From: a virus
Lineage: Duplodnaviria > Caudoviricetes
IMG/VR virus record: IMGVR_UViG_3300025276_000004
Coordinates: 1 to 57,707 of that record
Reading direction: 5' to 3' (one strand)
Length of the DNA: 57,707 bases
In this document: positions 25,823 through 37,100 of the stretch, piece by piece
How positions within the stretch are numbered: position 1 is the stretch's first letter
Layout: the number at the start of each line of letters is the position of its first letter
The notes under the pieces: model-generated
The model's database searches: none
Seen by the model: the letters and a program-made list of their open reading frames with translations, nothing else
Told to the model about the DNA's origin: nothing
Position numbers and translations under genes: made by a program

Positions 25823-26138
25823 CTACAAGCGTTTCCAAGAGGACATGGCAAACATGCTGTTAGGAGAAACATGGAACTTTAAAGACAAGCCTGTCCTCTT
25901 CATTGTTTATGCTGGGCTATCTAACAGAGCCTCTGACTTAGACAATGTAATTAAACCTTTACTAGATACATACCAAAATATATTCGAGGAGTTCAATGAT
26001 AAAACAGTACAAGGAATTATCCTCCAACGCGACAGAGTTAAGCGAGGAGGAGAGTACCTCTGGGTACGAGTTGCAGAAGCAAAAGAACTTGAAGTGGGCT
26101 TCAAAGAACTCAAAGACTCGGAAGAAACGAAGCATTAA
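25740..26138 (+). CDS. RusA-like Holliday junction resolvase
   Basis: KPLSAN, SDLDNVIKPLLD, FND. Confidence 0.8.
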   Translation: MEILFQIKPLSANKMFVRKGRTTYKTADYKRFQEDMANMLLGETWNFKDKPVLFIVYAGLSNRASDLDNVIKPLLDTYQNIFEEFNDKTVQGIILQRDRVKRGGEYLWVRVAEAKELEVGFKELKDSEETKH

Positions 26139-26165
26139 CAGAGAGATAAAAGAAGAAAGGGATTT

Positions 26166-27797
26166 GTGGTGAAAACTAATTGTGAAAGTTGTGGTAGCTC
26201 TGATGCAAACCACGTATACAATGACGATAATCCAAGAACACACTGTTTCTCATGTGGGAAAACAGTATTCAAAGAAAGTAGAAATAACATGAATGAGTTA
26301 ATTGACACAGACGATATAATTGAAAGATCATTTGGCCCTTCAATAGAACAGATTAAAGATTACAGAAGCTATCCTATAACATCTCGTGGTATATCCCAAG
26401 AGATCGTAGATCATTTTAAAGTTAAGATGTCTGTGGATACGAATGGTAAACCTGAATCACACTATTACCCTTGGACAGTTGATGGTAACACTGTTGCCTA
26501 CCAAGAACGTAAGTTGCCAAAGTCTTTCAAAACTTATGGAGACTTTAAGAATGTTGAATTATTCGGACAAAGACAAGCAACATCAGGATTTACGTTGGTC
26601 ATCTGTGAAGGAGCCATCGACACGATGTCAGTTGCCCAAGCCTACAAAGAGAAGTACGGACGTATGTATTCTGTTGTCGGTGTTAGTACTGCTTCTTCTA
26701 CCGCTGCTGCTTTGGCTCAAAGGGATTGGATAAATAGTTTCAAGAGCGTCATCATTATGATGGATCAAGATGAAGCTGGAAAGAAGATGACTGACTTCCT
26801 AGGTAAGATGATAAAGCCGGGGAAAGCAAAGGTCGCAAAGCTACCAGAGAATGACGCTAACGATACACTGCTAAAGCATGGTTGGAAGACACTGATAGAA
26901 TGCATATGGAATGCACAGAGTTGGAACCCATCAGGTATCGTTACTGGTGAACCTATCTGGAGTCAATTCATACAGCGTCAGAACGTAGAGTGTGTCCCAT
27001 ACCCTGATTGTCTCAGTGGTTTAAACAAAAAGCTAAAAGGAATTAGACATGGTGAGATTACTCTATTCACTTCTGGAACTGGTAGTGGTAAATCTACTGT
27101 TATCAAAGAGATCATCTTGGATCTTCTCTCGAAAACAAATGATAGGATTGGGCTTATCAGTCTGGAAGAAAGCGTTGGAGATACGGCAGAGAAATTTATT
27201 GGTATGGCCCTCAAGAAACCTCTTAATGAGGATTCACAGCCATCAGAAGACGAGCTTAGACAGGGTTTTGATCAGGTATTTGGAGACGAAAGACTCGTCC
27301 TCCTTGACCACCAAGGATCTGTAGGTGATGATAGTCTTATAGATAAGATAGAGTACATGGCCCTCATGGGTTGTAAGTACTTGGTACTAGACCACATCAC
27401 CATTGCTGTATCAGAGGGTAGTGATGGACTGTCTGGTAACGAAGCTATCGATAAGTTTATGTCAGACTTACTTAAGATTGTTAAGAGACATAACATCTGG
27501 CTAGGGTTGATCTCACACTTGCGTAAAGCACAGGGTGGTAAAGCTTTTGAAGATGGTAACATTGCCTCCATCGATGACATTAAAGGTTCTGGTTCTATCA
27601 AACAGATCTCATTTGATATCATTGCATTCTCTAGAAACCTAGTAGCTGTTGATGACTACGAGCGTAACACAGTTACCTTTAGAGTTCTCAAGTCTAGGTT
27701 CACTGGACAAACAGGTGATGCAGGTAGCGCATCATACGACACTAAGACCACCCGACTCATAGCTAAAGAGGAAGGTTTTGATTACATAACTAAATAG
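26166..27797 (+). CDS. DNA primase-helicase (T7 gp4-like)
   Basis: CESCGSSD/HCFSC zinc finger, TOPRIM CEGAID and MDQDEAG, Walker A SGTGSGKST, LDHI, KSRFTG. Confidence 0.95.
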   Translation: MVKTNCESCGSSDANHVYNDDNPRTHCFSCGKTVFKESRNNMNELIDTDDIIERSFGPSIEQIKDYRSYPITSRGISQEIVDHFKVKMSVDTNGKPESHYYPWTVDGNTVAYQERKLPKSFKTYGDFKNVELFGQRQATSGFTLVICEGAIDTMSVAQAYKEKYGRMYSVVGVSTASSTAAALAQRDWINSFKSVIIMMDQDEAGKKMTDFLGKMIKPGKAKVAKLPENDANDTLLKHGWKTLIECIWNAQSWNPSGIVTGEPIWSQFIQRQNVECVPYPDCLSGLNKKLKGIRHGEITLFTSGTGSGKSTVIKEIILDLLSKTNDRIGLISLEESVGDTAEKFIGMALKKPLNEDSQPSEDELRQGFDQVFGDERLVLLDHQGSVGDDSLIDKIEYMALMGCKYLVLDHITIAVSEGSDGLSGNEAIDKFMSDLLKIVKRHNIWLGLISHLRKAQGGKAFEDGNIASIDDIKGSGSIKQISFDIIAFSRNLVAVDDYERNTVTFRVLKSRFTGQTGDAGSASYDTKTTRLIAKEEGFDYITK

Positions 27798-27805
27798 GAG
27801 ATTAC

Positions 27806-30100
27806 ATGTCAGCACTCCAAGAGATAGTTGACTACCTTGTTAATCGCGTAGATGGGGTAAGTCCAGCAAGACGCAGACCTCACTTAGCAGGTCTTCTCTT
27901 GCGACTATCAGTAGACTACAGTGAGCGCATGGAAGATTACGTTCTCAAAAGCATCTCAATATTACAGATGCAATTTACAAAAGATACTAGCTCTAGTCCA
28001 GCAGGTACTACAACACTGACCAATGCATCTACAAAGATAGGTCAGAGTGTTGGACGAGAGTTAGATCGGGAACCCCTACCTTGGGGTTCTCAAGTATCCA
28101 TAGGTGACTTGTTTATAGAAGCCTTATACAACTTAAACTTCATAGAACTATCATATGCCAAGACTAGGAACAGTTGTCACGTTGTGTCAGCTGCCCCTCG
28201 TTGGTTTGAGTTAGGCTCTATACCACCTAAAGGAACTAGCTTCCCTTTGGCTGCAACCACTACTGAGAAGCCTAAGGATATCACCAAGATGTTTCAAAAC
28301 ATTAATGGTTCTAACAGGCCAGTCATTAAAGGGAGACTTGAAGGTGACTCTATCAACAGGTATGCTCCTTGGGTGCAAGCAATAAACAAACTACAGCAGA
28401 CAGCGTGGACTATTAACAAGCCAGTCTACGAAGCAATGGTAGCTAACAGAGATGTGTTTATCTCTGAGGAACCAGTGGATGACAACGATGCCAAGGAACT
28501 TAAACGTAGAAGTAAAATGGTTGAGTGGGCATTCATATCTGAGAAGGCACGTAAACTGTCTGAGTTAGATGAGTTCTACCAGTACTTAGATGTAGACTAC
28601 AGAGGTAGGTTCTATTACTGTGAAAGCTTTATGAACTACCAAGGATCTGATTTAGCTAGAGGCTTGTTTAAATTCAAACACGCCAAGCCAATGACTGAGA
28701 GTGGGCTACAGTGGTTAGCTATACACACTGCATCTGTGTTCAACATGTCTTATGGCATCGATGAGATACCTGACTGGTGTGAAGCAGACTATCGAAGCCA
28801 CTTAGAAAGTGAGGGGTTAGATAATATATCTGTTGATAAGATGACACTGGAAGATAGGATCGCTTGGACTAATGAGTACATGAGTGAAATTAAAGACGCA
28901 GGTAAACAACAACAGTTCTCTAGTGATGCTGAGAAGAAAGTATCTTTTCTAGCTGCTTGTGTAGAATGGTATGAGTTTGACTGTGCCTTCAAGGACAATC
29001 GTATACACATGACATCCCTGCCAATACCTATAGATGGTAGTAACAATGGGTGGCAACACCTAGGAGCTATCTCAAAGGATGAACAGACTGGAGATCTTGT
29101 AGGTTTAATACCCTCCAATATACAAAAAGATTTCTATGTTCAGACTGCAAAGGAGATGATCAACCTGTGTAAGGATGAAAGACTAAGCTCCATACTTGCA
29201 TCTATGCCTATGAAAAACATACGCAAAGGTATATCTAAACGTGGCTCAATGACTAGGGCATACTCAGCAGGGTCTAAGAAGATAGCTGAGAACATGTTCT
29301 TTGATTGTAAGTCTGAGGATTACCACACCCTGTATGGGATTACCCAAGACGATTGTACTAAGCTTGCAAAGCTTCTTATAAAAGCAATCGACAAGGTATG
29401 CCCCGGACCTCTCTCTACTATGAGCTACCTACAGAACCTATCAATGTATCAACTAGGCTCACACGTTAAGGTAGACTCTAATGGTTACGAAGCTAACTCT
29501 GAGTACAGAGAGTACTCTCAGCTACGTGATGACCTGATGAAGAAAAACTTCAAGACTGATGAAGACCTAGAAAAACTAAATGATGTTGTTATAAAACTGA
29601 AAGAGTTTACCACTAGGCTTAAACATGGTAAGGGAGATGATAAGGTTACGTGGAGTACTCCTTCTGGATTCAATGTTATCTATGAGAAATGGATAATGCA
29701 AGACAGGAAAGCAAGGGGTCGCATCAAAGGCTATGGTAACAAGACAGGTCAAGTCACCCATGTTGCTTTAGTTCCTACACGTATGCCTGATAGGCGAGGG
29801 TTTATCTGTGGTATGTCACCTAACTACATACACTCTATGGATGCTAGTCACATGGCTCTCGTTATATCCGAATGGAATGGTTGCTTTGCAGCTGTACACG
29901 ACAGCTTCAGTACTCATGCATCAGATGTAGACAGACTACTAGGACTAACAAAACAAGTGTTTATACGTATGTATAACTACGAAAACTACTTTGAAGTCAT
30001 ACGTAACTTCATAACAGATGCCGAGGATGATGTTGAACAACCTTCACTCGGCACCCTAGATATAAAGGAGATTGAAAACAGTGACTACTTCTTCGCGTAA
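27806..30100 (+). CDS. Single-subunit DNA-dependent RNA polymerase (T7-like), RNAP-1
   Basis: DYRGRFY, motif A PIPIDGSNNGWQH, motif B RKGISKRGSMTRAYSAG, PNYIHSMDASH, motif C VHDSFST, C-terminus SDYFFA. Confidence 0.95.
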   Translation: MSALQEIVDYLVNRVDGVSPARRRPHLAGLLLRLSVDYSERMEDYVLKSISILQMQFTKDTSSSPAGTTTLTNASTKIGQSVGRELDREPLPWGSQVSIGDLFIEALYNLNFIELSYAKTRNSCHVVSAAPRWFELGSIPPKGTSFPLAATTTEKPKDITKMFQNINGSNRPVIKGRLEGDSINRYAPWVQAINKLQQTAWTINKPVYEAMVANRDVFISEEPVDDNDAKELKRRSKMVEWAFISEKARKLSELDEFYQYLDVDYRGRFYYCESFMNYQGSDLARGLFKFKHAKPMTESGLQWLAIHTASVFNMSYGIDEIPDWCEADYRSHLESEGLDNISVDKMTLEDRIAWTNEYMSEIKDAGKQQQFSSDAEKKVSFLAACVEWYEFDCAFKDNRIHMTSLPIPIDGSNNGWQHLGAISKDEQTGDLVGLIPSNIQKDFYVQTAKEMINLCKDERLSSILASMPMKNIRKGISKRGSMTRAYSAGSKKIAENMFFDCKSEDYHTLYGITQDDCTKLAKLLIKAIDKVCPGPLSTMSYLQNLSMYQLGSHVKVDSNGYEANSEYREYSQLRDDLMKKNFKTDEDLEKLNDVVIKLKEFTTRLKHGKGDDKVTWSTPSGFNVIYEKWIMQDRKARGRIKGYGNKTGQVTHVALVPTRMPDRRGFICGMSPNYIHSMDASHMALVISEWNGCFAAVHDSFSTHASDVDRLLGLTKQVFIRMYNYENYFEVIRNFITDAEDDVEQPSLGTLDIKEIENSDYFFA

Positions 30101-30362
30101 ATCGTATAATCATTTGGCATTACGAGGTGTCCAAGTGGATGATGATGAGTTCATATTAGACTGGAACTCTAACCCACTTACTAAAACACCACTGACTGAT
30201 GATCTAGCATACACAAAAGATCTTATGCCACGAGTAATTGACATTGGTATATCAGAAGATCTAGCTGCTGGAGAGATCACTGATCAGGCAGCTAAGAAAC
30301 GAAAGCATGATCAAATGAAAGACTACAGAGAGCTACTCGCTAAACGAGGAATGCTTAAATAA
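30072..30362 (+). CDS. Hypothetical protein
   Basis: 96 aa, AAGGAG RBS before a TTG start, overlaps the RNAP-1 end. Confidence 0.6.
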   Translation: MKTVTTSSRKSYNHLALRGVQVDDDEFILDWNSNPLTKTPLTDDLAYTKDLMPRVIDIGISEDLAAGEITDQAAKKRKHDQMKDYRELLAKRGMLK

Positions 30363-30416
30363 AAATTAAAAACCCCCAAGGTATCATATAGATATCCTTG
30401 GGGGTTTATTTTTTTT
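30361..30416. terminator. Bidirectional intrinsic terminator between the two genome arms
   Basis: A-tract, AAACCCCCAAGG...CCTTGGGGGTTT stem, T-tract. Confidence 0.85.
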
Positions 30417-33400
30417 AGTGTCCGAAATACTGCATTGCGATAACCTGACCATTAGGTAGCGTGTAACCAAACTTCTTCAAGTCTTTCTTAAGCTGAATCT
30501 TGTTGGCGTTGGTTTGCTTAATCATCCTATTAAGTCTTGTGTTTAAACTGCCACCGTATTCTGGATCAGCTGAACCAAAGTAATAATCCATCTCACGAAC
30601 GAACATCCTAAGCTGCCTCACATTAGGTTTTGCAGGTGGGTTATGAACATTATACCCAACAACTTGCATCTTCAATCTAAGATCATTAGAAACGTCACTG
30701 GTGCTTACGCTATCACTGTTCATAAACTTACCGATACGAGATACTATATTAGCCATCTGTTTCTTACCAGTTTTTTTATTAACAGATACCTTTAGCATGT
30801 GTTGCATATACACAGCCTCATTAGCTGTAACCTCTGCGCTGTCATCTAATTTCGACATCTTCTCGTTGAACCTTTTAGTAGCAGCTTCTAAAGATATCTT
30901 AGCTTGCTCTAGATAGCTCCAATTGAGTGTAGCTTTCTCCCAGTTCTTGTTGACTTCCTCTAACATAACATCATAACCATTAGCATCCATCTTGAATGCG
31001 TCATAGATTGTATGCATATAAGGGAGTCCACCAGAAGCAGCTGTTAATCTTTTAAAAGACTCACCACTAGCCGTCATCATGACCACCGCCGCATCAATAG
31101 CTTGGATAGGGGCAACCGCAGAGCCACCATACGCAAGCTCTCCGGGAATCTGTTTACCATCTTGGTTTTTTGGTGCAGCCGCAGTAGCTTCTTTATTGTA
31201 AGATGCAACTGTAACTTTTTCAAACTCACCTTCTGATAAACTCTGAGGGCTTAACTTGTAAGTGGACATGTCAGCATTGTCATATCCTGTAGAAGCTTCT
31301 CCACCTATATGTATTTGCATACCGCTAGGTCCAGTTATTATAAAAGGCTCATTCATCATTGCGTGTTTAGCAGCGATAGCCCTCATAAGAGATCTGGCTT
31401 CTATCGGTTCATCACCTAATACTTCTTTAATAGATTTAGCATACCTTGAGTTTAAGGCACCAGCCAGTTCAGGTAATCCACTGTCAGTATCAGATTGTTT
31501 GTAAGCTTCTGCCGCATTCGCTAAATCTAATTCAAACTGAGTTGGACCTACCAACCCTGCTTCCTTATTCTGTCGAATATTCGTCTGCCTAATTACCTCA
31601 ATAACTTCTTGGATATATTTACCAAAGCTTTCAATCTCTTTACCATACCCAAATGTCATGATAGTATACTTGGCTAAGTCACGATTAGCAAAAACTTCCA
31701 TAGCTATATTGTCCATAGACGATATCTTTTCTGGAGCTAAACTCCATCCCTCCGTAAAGATACTCTCAGAGGCAAGACCTATAAGCCTGTCCCTCATGTC
31801 ACCATTGTCTAAATTAGATATCCCTTGTGATCTCATGACACCTGTTAAGAATGCTGTATCAGACTTGCCCAATAGCATAGCATTACTTGCAGGTCCATTG
31901 GTCTTACCATCTATGTAAGCGTTCAAGTAAGTTGTAAAGCCTGTGTTAGTCACACCATTTTTAAAATCCATATACTTTTTGAATTCCATAAGAGCATCTA
32001 TATAAATAGTAGCATCATCACCATTCTTTGTGATCAACTTAATAAGACGCTGGTCTGATTCAGACTCTGGATTAAGATTAAACCCATTGACTTTTGGAAA
32101 CGCAGGGTTGTCTAAAGGTACACCATTAGTTATTGCTTCTATAATATTATCATAGTCAGTGTCTGATATTGCCATCAACGATGTCAACCTAGCACCATAC
32201 CCATATAACTCATTTGATTTTTGAGTTAATAAAAAGTCCCTTTGATCTGGTAGGTAGGTATCACCAGCTTGATTTAAAACTGTAGCAGTCTTACCTTTAA
32301 TCTCCGCTTGTGTTGAGCCAGCTACAAATGTCTGAGGGATTAAAAGCATTGCGAACATTTGACGTAGGTTTCTTTCTTGCCGACTACCAATCTTTATATT
32401 AACTGGATTAACACCCCTTGTCGCAAACCTAACTTGCTTGGAAGTTGTAGGATTGAAATGTGACTGTTGTGGTGTAAGTCTTCCTTGATAACCTTGTATG
32501 TTCCAAGACAAATAGTTTGCACTAGCATGGTCTTGAGCTAAAGCTCTGACCTCATTAGCTAACTTGTTACGCTTCATGTTCATGTTACCTTCAGGATCAT
32601 ACACTCTTTCCTTAAGCTTTAACCTTGCGTCAGCTTGGAACCTACGATCTTGCATGGATTTAGACGCTGCAAACTTATCCAACGCAGTTGAACCAACACC
32701 ACTGATCTCAGCCTCCCAAGCTTGTGTATCATTACTTGCTAAAATATTTAGAGAAGTTGCCATAAGTATTTTCATTCTCTGCTTGTCAACTACTTGAGCA
32801 ATACTGGAAAGATTTTTTATAGCCTCTTGCATCATGAAGCCCATCTTCTGACCTGACTTACCACCAGATATGTATCTAGCTACGTTACGTCCTACGTCAG
32901 TCTTACTGATATCATTCTCGTTCTTAGCTTTCAAAGGTCTGACCAGCTGCCTAGGAAAAAACTTCTTCCTTTCTAATGAACCCAACTCCATAACAGCTTC
33001 CCCTTGAGGGGTCAGTGCGTATACAGTTTGCCTATCTTCTCCTGTAAACTTTCTAACTAACTCAGGGTTAGCCTCAGCCCACAGGTGTTTGAACGCTGCA
33101 CCTAATGTCTCTGCTTCCCTAGTCTCTATCCTCCTAGCCTCTTGATACAGAGGGTCTCCTTCTGGAACCCCTTGAGCTTTAAGTGTAGCGTTCTTCGCAC
33201 GGATGTATTCAAGATGTATCTCTTGACCTATCATGTTATTGCCAGTTGTTTGCGTAACCTTAGAGAGTGCCGCAATAGGCGCTCCCTTTTCTAGTAACGA
33301 CTCCTGACCCATAGCTTCTTCAAGGGCATCCTTAGTCTGTTGTGACTCATTACCTAAGATATTGAACATAGCGTTCTCAACTACAAGTGATGCAACCTCA

Positions 33401-34116
33401 GTATACATGGGGTTAGGTATCTTAAATCCAGAAGGGTTAGTAGTAATGGAGTCATTACCTGCCCGACTAATAGCTGAAAGTAAATCACCTTCAGAGTATT
33501 TAGATATCTCAGTAGATAACTCAGGGCCTACCACACCAGCCTTAACTGCTGTGTAAGCTGATGTACCATGCCCACTAAGACCTATACCTAAGATACCTTG
33601 TTCAACTAAAGATGTCATTTTGTCAGCACGTTTCTGAATGCCACCATCTGTGTATGTCTCAGAATTAGCAGGGACTCTCCTAAATATCTTAGGCTGTAGG
33701 ACAACCAGTCCATCTTCATCCCGCTGAACTTCTTTCCTGTCGTACTCATCCCTTGTCGCACTCTTAACGTAGTCGAGAGGTCTGTTAAAAACATCCCTAA
33801 CTTCAAACCTAGGGTCAGAAGCAGGTCCTGTCACTATCTCTGTATCTAACGCATCGACTGCTATATCTTGACCAAGCGCATCAGCTGCTTCCTCTGGAGA
33901 AAAATTTGTAATAGCCTCACTGAGGGACTGTTGAGGGGTAGGTTGAGAGGTAGGTTGAGATTGCTCTACCATATCATCAGCAACTTTCTGAGAGAAATTA
34001 AAAGAGCCTTGAGAGTTACCCCCCTCAAGACCCTCAAGACTACTCTCTATCATACCTCTCTCTTTTAACTTCTCTACTGGAGTTAGTATTTTTGAAATAC
34101 TGGGTATAGCCATCAA
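30415..34116 (-). CDS. Second single-subunit RNA polymerase, probable virion-packaged RNAP (N4 vRNAP-like), RNAP-2
   Basis: GYQGRL..FNPTTSKQVR, motif A YIDGKTNGP, motif B RDLAKYTIMTFGYG (R-x3-K-x7-YG), motif C TIYDAF; last gene of the internal-virion cluster. Confidence 0.85.
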   Translation of the reverse strand: MMAIPSISKILTPVEKLKERGMIESSLEGLEGGNSQGSFNFSQKVADDMVEQSQPTSQPTPQQSLSEAITNFSPEEAADALGQDIAVDALDTEIVTGPASDPRFEVRDVFNRPLDYVKSATRDEYDRKEVQRDEDGLVVLQPKIFRRVPANSETYTDGGIQKRADKMTSLVEQGILGIGLSGHGTSAYTAVKAGVVGPELSTEISKYSEGDLLSAISRAGNDSITTNPSGFKIPNPMYTEVASLVVENAMFNILGNESQQTKDALEEAMGQESLLEKGAPIAALSKVTQTTGNNMIGQEIHLEYIRAKNATLKAQGVPEGDPLYQEARRIETREAETLGAAFKHLWAEANPELVRKFTGEDRQTVYALTPQGEAVMELGSLERKKFFPRQLVRPLKAKNENDISKTDVGRNVARYISGGKSGQKMGFMMQEAIKNLSSIAQVVDKQRMKILMATSLNILASNDTQAWEAEISGVGSTALDKFAASKSMQDRRFQADARLKLKERVYDPEGNMNMKRNKLANEVRALAQDHASANYLSWNIQGYQGRLTPQQSHFNPTTSKQVRFATRGVNPVNIKIGSRQERNLRQMFAMLLIPQTFVAGSTQAEIKGKTATVLNQAGDTYLPDQRDFLLTQKSNELYGYGARLTSLMAISDTDYDNIIEAITNGVPLDNPAFPKVNGFNLNPESESDQRLIKLITKNGDDATIYIDALMEFKKYMDFKNGVTNTGFTTYLNAYIDGKTNGPASNAMLLGKSDTAFLTGVMRSQGISNLDNGDMRDRLIGLASESIFTEGWSLAPEKISSMDNIAMEVFANRDLAKYTIMTFGYGKEIESFGKYIQEVIEVIRQTNIRQNKEAGLVGPTQFELDLANAAEAYKQSDTDSGLPELAGALNSRYAKSIKEVLGDEPIEARSLMRAIAAKHAMMNEPFIITGPSGMQIHIGGEASTGYDNADMSTYKLSPQSLSEGEFEKVTVASYNKEATAAAPKNQDGKQIPGELAYGGSAVAPIQAIDAAVVMMTASGESFKRLTAASGGLPYMHTIYDAFKMDANGYDVMLEEVNKNWEKATLNWSYLEQAKISLEAATKRFNEKMSKLDDSAEVTANEAVYMQHMLKVSVNKKTGKKQMANIVSRIGKFMNSDSVSTSDVSNDLRLKMQVVGYNVHNPPAKPNVRQLRMFVREMDYYFGSADPEYGGSLNTRLNRMIKQTNANKIQLKKDLKKFGYTLPNGQVIAMQYFGH

Positions 34117-37100
34117 TCGTTCTCCTTATAATTCCAGCCACCACCAGTTAAGAAACTGGCTGCTCGTTTGTTATTGTCAGTCAACGGCCCAATTAAAGGT
34201 GCTGATTTCAAGCCTTGGTAGACAGCTCTTTCCACATCTCCACCAGCAAGATTCATTCCAGCATCGGCAAGCCTTCCAACGTACCCTAAACTAGGACTCT
34301 CTCCAGTTGCTTGATTGTATATCCAATCTCCAATACCATTAGACCTTTGACCATAAATGGGGGCAACCATGTCAATAAGTCTTTCACCTGTACCAGCTAA
34401 TCCTGATGCAAAAACACCACGCCTAACGTACTCTGGGGTATCCAAGTATGGGTTACCTAACGTACCTTGATCGTCATCATCATCGTCAAACTTTATTAAG
34501 TCCTTCATAGCCTGAGAGAAAAACCCTAGAGCTATCATAGTAGACATGAGTACAAATGTATTGTACTTCATTTGAGGTGTACCACGTTTAAGATAATCAT
34601 TCCACATACGAGGCAATTGATTTGCTGTGAATGTAGATATGAAACCTTGGAACTGTGTGAACAAAGCATACCTAGGATCTTGGTACAACAGTGGTCTATT
34701 AGCAGCTCCGGGAATTGGGATAGCTTGGTTAATAAAATTAAATGTAGCTTCCTTAATTGTTTGTTCCCAAAGTGCCTTCTCTTCAGGTGTTAAACTGTTA
34801 ACTCCACCTTTAGCGTTCTCAACTTTGTATTGAATGGCAACGAACTGTTCTACTGGGACACCTAAAGATCTTAATTTCTGTTCAGCCTCTTGAGCTTCAC
34901 GAGTAAACTTATTATTCTTTTTGTTACCACCATTAGATTCCCTTTCTATAACTATTCCAGTCTCAGGATCAAACAGTGTACTCTCAGCGTACTCCGTATC
35001 TCCAAGGATCTTAGCGTTTATCTGTATGAAATCGTAGGCCATTGCCCCACGAACCGCACGAGTGAAGTCTGTCCATGCTGTTAAACCAGTAACCCTAAAG
35101 AACGCTTCCATAGCTGTTCGTCTATTGTCATTGACCTCACTAACACCTGCAACAGTTGCGGCACCTACGTCCCATTGGTAGTAGCCAAGCTCAACCATCA
35201 TCCTTTCACCTTCAGTCCCAGGATTCCTTTGCATAAGAACATCTTCAATGTCAGCTTCAACTTTTTCTAGTTGAGGTATAAACTTCTCAACAAACTCCCT
35301 AGTTATAGACTTAATGCTTCCATTCTTACCAAAAATCTGTTCATTACTAAGTGCGCCTTGCGTCATAGCCAACTCAGGTAGAGATGAAAATGTAGCAAGA
35401 GGTAATGCAGATAAAGTCATCCAGAACATAGCACTCTTTTGAAACCTCATAAGTTTCTTTCCAGCGTCTGTCTTAGGTCTATTGTAGTTACCTGATACTG
35501 CTTCTAGAATATCTCTAGTTTTAAAAGCAACCTTCGCAACCAACTCCCTAGACACGCCTTCTTCTAACATGTTGTTTAATATTTCAGAGAAGACTTCCCC
35601 ATCCTTACCTACATACTGCATCTGAGTAGTGTATCGTGCAGCAGACTTAGCTGCGTTAGCTACATTAGCAAAGATATCTCTGTTATAGAAGTCCTTGAAA
35701 GCATCTTTCTCTGAAAGGTTCATAGTTCTTTTCTGATGAGAAGACGGGTTCAAAGATCCGACATTAGATTGCATAGCTTCACCAAGGCTAGTGACTGTAG
35801 GGTTATCTATAATGTTGTCAACTATTCTCTTAGCTTCTGCAGAGTCTATGTTACTAAACTCTGACATAAGGGCTTGCCTAAATCCTTCTTGATTAGCTTG
35901 AACAGCTCCTTTATCTAGCGACTTAAATTTGTGCAGATAGTTAGTAACATTCCCCATCTCAGAGCCAGCATTAATCTGATCATCTCTCATCTTGTTGCCA
36001 AGCTTTATTAACTCATTACCAATAAGGACTATCTCAGCTCTTTGTGCAGTACCTTCAGGTATCAAATCACTATTAAACTCACCTGTCTTAGAGTCTGTTG
36101 CCTCATTAAGAACACTGTAAATCCTATCACTTATCTCAGCTTTTTTCCTAGTGCTGTGGATACCAAGGAATGATTTTAAACCAAACCTTTTATAAACCTT
36201 TGAAGGTAAGGGAACCATATTCTTATACTCAGTTACCTTATGATGTTGAGCCGCTTCTAATCCAGCCCCACCATGAAGCGGAGTTAATAGTCCACCTAAT
36301 ATAGAAGCACCTGCTCTAGCAGATGCAGATATCTTAACAGCTTCTTTCCATGCATTTGTAACACCCCCTTGCCAAAGACCTGAGATGTTCATTAATTTAT
36401 TTGTTCCAATCTCTGAGAAAGGCTTACTGGATTCATTGGCTACATGTTCTTCTGCAAGATCATTGATAGTTATAGGTCCATCATTAGGCACTTGCATACC
36501 ACTACCTACAAGCATAGAGTCATACGCTCTCTTACTAAGTGAATTATTTTCACGTTTCCTGTTGGCTATCTTGTCTCTCAAACCTGACAGAACTTGAGGA
36601 ATACTCCTTACAGTACCATACTTCTGTATCTCGTCTTGTTTATATTGCTCTGTCTCTGTATCACTAATAGGATCTCCGAACCTAGCTGCAGCGTCCATCC
36701 ATCCAACTTGATTAGTAACACTTCCGGGAATACTAAACGTACCACCTAATGCAGTACCAGCGACAGCTGCGTTAGCTAACCTGTCTTGAAACTCTTCCAT
36801 GTCAAAGACTTTATCTGAGCCTAATACAGCAGCACTGTATCCAATAGCTTCCTGACCTACCTCGGTAAGTCCTTCAGTTACAGAACCAACACCAACACCA
36901 CCCATAATTCTTTTAGATGCTGCTTTAAATGTTAACTGTTTCTTTGCAATGCTTTCAGCTTCTTTTGCAAAAGCACCCACACTTTGATCAGCTGCCTCAC
37001 GAATTATTTGCTTGGCCTCATTGAGAGTTACTTGGTTTAGTAGGGCATATTCTTTTGGAATATCTTCTGCTATAGCTTTTGCTGGGTTCTTTCGGAACCC

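Noticed and set aside
22374-29761. Many short alternate-frame and antisense ORFs inside thyX, polA, exonuclease, primase and RNAP-1
   Set aside because: They are fully nested in well-supported genes and show no recognisable motifs or RBS
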